A program made the translations under genes and the position numbers. Positions 59,113 to 64,000 of a stretch of DNA of 64,000 nucleotides are shown here, in pieces. Within the stretch, counting starts at the first letter, position 1. Each line of letters begins with the position of its first letter. Origin of the DNA: Alphaproteobacteria bacterium (GTDB lineage: Bacteria; Pseudomonadota; Alphaproteobacteria; JAJFFI01); assembly GCA_030066595.1 (NCBI GenBank), contig JASJBI010000057.1:40021-104020 (forward strand), written 5' to 3'. Below the pieces are notes generated by a model. It made no database searches and was not told where the DNA came from. It saw nothing but the letters and a program-made list of their open reading frames with translations.

Positions 59113-60378
59113 ATGGAACTCATTTCACTCTACGGCACGGTCTTCATTGTGATGGCCATCGTGTTCGGCTTCTACATGACCTGGGGCATCGGCGCCAACG
59201 ATGTCGCCAACGTCATGGGCACCTCTGTCGGCTCGGGCGCGATCACCGTCACCACGGCGATCATCATTGCCGGCATCTTCGAGTTTGCCGGCGCGGCGCT
59301 GGCCGGCGGGCACGTGACCAAGACGATTCGCAAGGGAATCATCGACCCGACCCCGATCGTCAACAACCCCGAGATCCTGGTCTTCGGCATGTTGGCGGCC
59401 TTGCTGGCGGCCGCGGTCTGGCTCACCGTTGCCTCGGCGCGCGGCTGGCCGGTCTCGACCACTCATTCGATCATCGGCGCCGTGGTTGGGTTTGCCATCG
59501 CCGGGATCGGCATGGAAGCCGTTCAGTGGGGCAAGATCGGACAGATCGTGGCCAGCTGGGTCGTCTCGCCCGTGCTGGGCGGCACGATCGCGTTCATCCT
59601 CATGATCAGCATACGGCGTCTGATCCTGAACACTGAGACCCCTTTCGTGAACGCCAAACGTTGGGGGCCGGTCTACGTGTTCCTGGTCGGCTTCATCATG
59701 TCTCTGGTGACCATGTACAAGGGCCTCAAGCACCTGAAGCTGGACCTCAGCGTGCCCATGAGCTTCCTCGTCGCAGCGATCTTCGGACTCATCGTCGCAG
59801 CTATCGGTTGGTATCTGATCAGCCGGGTGAAAGTGGATGAGCGCGCCGACAAGGATCACCATTTCGCCAGCGTCGAGAAGGTCTTCGTGCCGATGATGCT
59901 GTTCACCGCCTGCGGCATGGCTTTCGCGCACGGCTCGAACGATGTCGCCAACGGCGTGGGTCCGCTGGCGGCCGTCTACGGCTTGGTCCAGTCAGGCGGC
60001 GAGGTGGCCCAAAGGTCCGAGTTACCGCTGTGGATCCTGGTGCTCGGCGGGGTCGGGATCATCGTCGGTCTGGCGACCTTCGGCTACCGGGTCATGCGGA
60101 CCATCGGCACGAAGATCACCGAGCTCACGCCGACGCGCGGCTTCAGCGCCACCATGGCGGCCGCGGCGACGGTTGTGCTGGCGTCCCGGACCGGCATGCC
60201 GGTCTCGACCACCCATATCGCGGTCGGCGCGGTGATGGGCGTGGGCCTGGCACGAGGCATCGGCGCCATCGACCTGCGGGTCATCGGCGGGATCTTCGTC
60301 TCCTGGATCGTAACCCTGCCGATCGGCGGCGTGCTGGCCGCCCTGTTCTTCTTCACCCTGAAGGGCATGTTCACATAG
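59113..60378 (+). CDS. pit: Inorganic phosphate transporter PitA (PHO4 family)
   Basis: GANDVANVMGTSVGSGAIT...GSNDVANGVGPLAAV are the duplicated PHO4 signature repeats. Confidence 0.9.
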   Translation: MELISLYGTVFIVMAIVFGFYMTWGIGANDVANVMGTSVGSGAITVTTAIIIAGIFEFAGAALAGGHVTKTIRKGIIDPTPIVNNPEILVFGMLAALLAAAVWLTVASARGWPVSTTHSIIGAVVGFAIAGIGMEAVQWGKIGQIVASWVVSPVLGGTIAFILMISIRRLILNTETPFVNAKRWGPVYVFLVGFIMSLVTMYKGLKHLKLDLSVPMSFLVAAIFGLIVAAIGWYLISRVKVDERADKDHHFASVEKVFVPMMLFTACGMAFAHGSNDVANGVGPLAAVYGLVQSGGEVAQRSELPLWILVLGGVGIIVGLATFGYRVMRTIGTKITELTPTRGFSATMAAAATVVLASRTGMPVSTTHIAVGAVMGVGLARGIGAIDLRVIGGIFVSWIVTLPIGGVLAALFFFTLKGMFT

Positions 60379-60497
60379 CGGTTCAACAACCGAGGCGGAA
60401 CCGGCGCCAGTCCATACCCCACGCGATCGCCCAACGGACGTGTCCTGCGGGCGGTCGGTCGGGTGTCTGGGCTGGCGCGATCGTGAGGGAAGGTGGT

Positions 60498-62003
60498 CTA
60501 GACGTGGGCGGCGTCTAGAGGCTCCGCGCTACCGGATGAGGCAGCCTGCGAGGCCGCAGCCGGGCGCGCCGGGAGGTCGGAAACGTCACCGGAGGCAGCT
60601 CTCTCGTTGGCGAGCGCCAGCAGCGGTTCCGCCAAGTACTCAAGCGGCGTCATCTCTCCGTTCAGGCGCACGAAGATCGCCAGATTGTGTAGGTTCGAGC
60701 AGGTCAGCACATGATGCTGCCGGATCCCGCCAACGTCCGTCCACACGGTTCCCTCGGGAGTGATGTGCGAATGGCCGACGATGAACGGCGTGTGTTTGGC
60801 GACGCCGAGGCTTGACCGGAAGCGCTTGACGCTGCCCTTGGTGTAGCCGGCCGGCCGGTTCGGGCGCTTCAATCGGTTCCAGGTGATCTCGTGGGCTACA
60901 CCCGGGTATTTCTGGATGTCCACCAGCATCTGCATCGGCACTTCGGACCGGGTCGGCGCCGCATGGCAGGCGATGAAACGCTTGGTCTTGGCGACATAGG
61001 GCAGGTGTTCGAAGAACCGGGTCAGCTCGTCGACGTATTCATGTCCGCGCAGCTCGAGGGCGCGCTGGCGCAAGAGCACGCCTTGGCACACCCCACCCTT
61101 CGCGACCGCTTCGTCGAAGCTGTCGTGGTTGCCGCGCAGATAGAAGACACTGTTCGGAAACTCGATCTTCAACTTGAAGATCAGGTCCAGCATGAGCAGC
61201 GAGCTGTCCATCTCAGCAAGCTCGCTGTCCTCCTCGGAGTGGACCGCGTCTCCCAGGAACAGCAGATAGGCGGTGCCGCGCTCGAGCGATTCGAGAAGGC
61301 AGTTCTCGCTCAGGACCTTCAGGAGATTGTCAACGCGCGCATGCAAGTCGCCGATGATCACCGGCGTGGGCCGGTTTGGCAGATCCAGCAGCCCGCCCGG
61401 CCGCCCGTCCGCATTCGGCCGTCGATAGCCTTCCCCGGACAGGAGGGCGTTGACCTGCGCGACGGATGCAAGGGCTTCGCCTGGAGAGAGCAACTCCAGG
61501 GGGCCGCCGAAAAGCTCGCAGACGCGGTCCAGGTTCTCGAGCCGCTGTGTCAGGAACTTTGACGCTTCCCGCTGATCGTCGAGCAGCGAGATCTCGGTTG
61601 ACGCCTCGGGATCCAACGGGGCGACAATCAGCTCACCCCGGCGGTTCTCGATGTGCACGTGGCGCCGGCGGACCGTCCTTGAGAACCCGAAGATCTGATC
61701 GCAGTGCTCGTTCTCGCGGCCGAGCAAGAGGGTCTCGCCGGCCGCGATCCGTGCGAAACCCGCGATCTCGGAGAAATAGTGCTCGGGATCGAGCAGGATC
61801 CAATCTCGGGGTCCGCCCCGGCGCTGCGCACCCAGGCCGGTGTCCGGATACAGGCGGAGCTCCCTGTCACCAACGCGAAGCTGCGCCGGTCCGCCATCCC
61901 AGGGTAGCCGCACCCGGCCGCGCAGAGGGCGCAACTCGGGCGTCAGCGGCGACGCATCCGCCGCCGACTCACGCTTGAACAGCCCTTGCAGTCGACCCAA
62001 CAA
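60498..62003 (-). CDS. FHA-like domain fused to a PPP-family (calcineurin-like) Ser/Thr phosphoesterase
   Basis: N-terminal FHA-like pattern (LLLGRENEHCDQIFGFSRTVRRRHVHIENRRGELIVAPLD...STEI). Metallophosphatase motifs follow: VIIGDLHAR (GDxHG), LLFLGDAVHSEED (GDxxDRG-like) and LRGNHD (GNHE). Confidence 0.6.
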   Translation of the reverse strand: MLGRLQGLFKRESAADASPLTPELRPLRGRVRLPWDGGPAQLRVGDRELRLYPDTGLGAQRRGGPRDWILLDPEHYFSEIAGFARIAAGETLLLGRENEHCDQIFGFSRTVRRRHVHIENRRGELIVAPLDPEASTEISLLDDQREASKFLTQRLENLDRVCELFGGPLELLSPGEALASVAQVNALLSGEGYRRPNADGRPGGLLDLPNRPTPVIIGDLHARVDNLLKVLSENCLLESLERGTAYLLFLGDAVHSEEDSELAEMDSSLLMLDLIFKLKIEFPNSVFYLRGNHDSFDEAVAKGGVCQGVLLRQRALELRGHEYVDELTRFFEHLPYVAKTKRFIACHAAPTRSEVPMQMLVDIQKYPGVAHEITWNRLKRPNRPAGYTKGSVKRFRSSLGVAKHTPFIVGHSHITPEGTVWTDVGGIRQHHVLTCSNLHNLAIFVRLNGEMTPLEYLAEPLLALANERAASGDVSDLPARPAAASQAASSGSAEPLDAAHV

Positions 62004-62053
62004 GGTCCACGCCCCCTCCCACTCACATGATCCACGCGCCGGAACTGTTATTA

Positions 62054-62671
62054 TTAAGATGCTGATCCGACGATAGTCTTAGGCATACCATCAAATTGGT
62101 CTCTGACATAGATCAACATTTCGCAGCGATGGAAGTGCAGAGCCGCTTCACGATAGACCGCAACCTGTTGTTCTACCTGTGGTAGAGTCACGCCTTCATC
62201 GACGGGGTGGACCCCGCGCTGGGTGCGATCCAGCCGAAAGCGATAGATCTGCTCCGGCGGCGGCAGCAGGAACTCGAACACGAAGCGGGCACGCCAGTTG
62301 GTCGACCAGAAATGGGTCTTGGGCGGCGGGAGGTGAATTCGGGACAGATCCAGGACCAGCGGCTCGGGGGCATCCAGCCAGGCCCTGTCGAAAACCGTCA
62401 GCGCTTCCGGGACCCCGACGAACGGGAAGTCCAAATGGACCTCCCGAGGCCGGAAGGTCAGGGATTGGGCCCGCCACCAGTGATTGAGCGTAAGATCGAT
62501 ATGTCCCTCCTCGGGCCAGCCTCCGATCTTCGCCATGAGCCGAGACTTCCCGCAGCCCGGCGGCCCTGTCACGATCAGTTGACGAAAGCGCAGATCCGAC
62601 GGGAACGGGACGCCCTTGATAGAGCGAACGGTCTCGATCGGGGCGAGTTCGAGCTCCATGTGCTTATCCAT
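62054..62671 (-). CDS. Small P-loop NTPase/kinase-like protein of unknown function
   Basis: Walker A LIVTGPPGCGKSRLMAKIG. 205 aa, immediately upstream of and co-oriented with the FHA-phosphatase gene. Confidence 0.5.
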   Translation of the reverse strand: MDKHMELELAPIETVRSIKGVPFPSDLRFRQLIVTGPPGCGKSRLMAKIGGWPEEGHIDLTLNHWWRAQSLTFRPREVHLDFPFVGVPEALTVFDRAWLDAPEPLVLDLSRIHLPPPKTHFWSTNWRARFVFEFLLPPPEQIYRFRLDRTQRGVHPVDEGVTLPQVEQQVAVYREAALHFHRCEMLIYVRDQFDGMPKTIVGSAS

Positions 62672-62889
62672 GGCATGGAGGCCCGGCGCTGCACCCGGTT
62701 TTCCGGAAGGGGTACAGGCCCAGTGCCCGGGCGGGCGGTAGGGGTTGCGACATATCGCGGGCGCAGCTTATTGGACGACCCGTCATAGCTGCAACGGAGT
62801 CGATGTCTTAACCGCCGATTCGGGATACCTCAAGCCGAGCGCGCGATGGGCCATCTCGATCCGAATAGCGGAGACGGAGCGGCCAGTTC

Positions 62890-62903
62890 TTAATCTAGAT
62901 CAA
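62890..62903. promoter_or_regulatory. Near-FixK box TTAATCTAGATCAA (one mismatch), about 100 nt upstream of the NUDIX-SixA gene
   Basis: Seven of the eight defining positions match. Weak evidence. Confidence 0.25.
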
Positions 62904-63001
62904 TTTCTCCGGACACCACCCGGCACTATCCTGTGGATGTCTCGGGTGGTGCGCAAGCGCTACGCCGCCAGCCAGAAAGGCGGGCGCGGGGAGTGGCGGA
63001 G

Positions 63002-64000
63002 AGGGATCACTGATGAGCGGGGAGATGATACGGTTTCCGGACTGGGTGTATCGCCAGTCCGCGGTGCTGCCCTATCGTCAGGGCCCGGACGGCCTGGAGG
63101 TGCTGCTGATCACCTCGCGCAAGGGCCGCCGTTGGGTCTTGCCCAAGGGGATCATCGAACCCGGATTGACCGCGCCCCAATCGGCCGCCAAAGAGGCGCG
63201 CGAGGAAGCCGGGGTTGCGGGATCGGTTGGCCCCCAGAGCCTTGGCCGCTACTGGTACAAGAAGTGGGGCGGGACCTGCGGCGTTGAAGTGTTCCCGATG
63301 GAGGTGCGCGAAGAGGCGGCCGTCTGGCCCGAGGCGACGTTGCGCCGGCGCCAATGGCTGCCCATGGAGGAGGCCGCCGCGCGAATCGATAAGAAGGCGT
63401 TGCGCCGAATCATCCGTCGCCTCCCAGAGACGGTGAGCGCGGAACCGTTGATCAGGGCGGCCATGCACGAACCCGCTGTCGTCGATGAGGGCACGACTCC
63501 GCGGCTCATTTATCTCTTGAGGCATGCCAAAGCGGTCGCGGGCAGACCCGCGCGCAAGGATTTCGACCGCCCCCTCTCGGCTGCCGGAAGGCAGGCGGCC
63601 GACAAGATGGCCGAATACATGCGGCTGGCCGATGTGGAGCCGGATCTCGTGCTGTGTTCGCCCGCGCTGCGGACTCGAGAGACGCTCGCAGCCGTCCAGC
63701 ACGCCTTCGCTGAGGATGCGCCGATCAAGTTCGACCGCCCGCTCTACATGCTGGGGGCCCGAGGCCTGCTCAACCGGCTCAAGCGGACACCGGACAGGGT
63801 GGGGTCCGTTCTGGTGGTTGCCCACAATCCGGGGGTTCAGGCGCTCGCCCTGGCGCTCACCGGCAGCGGCGACAGCCGGGCCCAGGCGCGCATGTCAGCC
63901 AAGTTCCCACCCGGTGCCCTTGCCATCCTGGTCGGGCCCGGTGGGGCATGGGCAGAGCTGGCGCACGCAGGGTGCGAGCTGCACAGCTTCGTCAGTCCGG
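63002..64000 (+). CDS. NUDIX hydrolase fused to a SixA-like histidine phosphatase domain, partial (runs off the right edge)
   Basis: My own translation from the ATG at 63002: MSGEMIRFPDWVYRQSAVLPY... with NUDIX box GIIEPGLTAPQSAAKEAREEAGV (G-X5-E-X7-REAXEEAG). A second domain follows, LIYLLRHAKAV...RPLSAAGRQAADKMAEY..., whose RHA catalytic motif indicates a histidine phosphatase. Not in the supplied track because it has no stop in the window. Confidence 0.75.

Overview
This window is a 64-kb stretch of high-GC (about 65%) chromosomal DNA that looks alphaproteobacterial, with dense coding, frequent ATGA start/stop overlaps, and no rRNA, tRNA, CRISPR, integrase or transposase signal that I can see. 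Identifications rest on reading the translated ORFs against remembered family signatures, not on database searches. Contents, left to right: (1) two tandem lipoproteins and a GFA-family gene; (2) a GntR-regulated locus of hydantoinase/oxoprolinase B, a class-III aminotransferase, hydantoinase A, an unknown protein and a TRAP transporter (dctPQM), which resembles ATP-dependent lactamase plus omega-aminotransferase clusters; (3) an uncharacterised module of a 206-aa membrane protein, a roughly 1080-aa signal-peptide protein, a zinc-ribbon protein with a Lys/Ala/Pro-rich tail, a divergent zinc-ribbon membrane protein and a convergent DUF4279-like gene; (4) an orphan MlaF-like ATPase, a TPP enzyme, glyoxalase I, a NIPSNAP protein and a GntR-regulated sugar ABC transporter; (5) a block of stress, phosphate, polyphosphate and Mg2+ genes. 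Block (5) holds two Crp/Fnr regulators (one FnrL-type with a 4-Cys cluster), two paralogous universal stress proteins, two paralogous histidine phosphatases, a predicted operon of M20 peptidase, P-loop protein, two CBS proteins and a 2-phosphoglycerate-kinase-like protein, ppk1, an NptA-PhoU Na/Pi cotransporter, three CNNM/CorC paralogs, a two-domain PPK2, phoBR, pstS, a PhoU fused to a pseudo-phosphatase domain, pstCA, two pstB genes with complementary degeneracy, DUF47-pit, an FHA-PPP phosphatase with a P-loop partner, and a NUDIX-SixA fusion. The strongest non-coding signal is seven perfect TTGA-N6-TCAA (FixK/FNR-type) palindromes, all intergenic, upstream of both usp genes, a CBS gene, ppk1, ppk2, a CNNM gene and DUF47-pit. 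Together these point to an oxygen-responsive regulon controlling polyphosphate, phosphate and Mg2+ handling.
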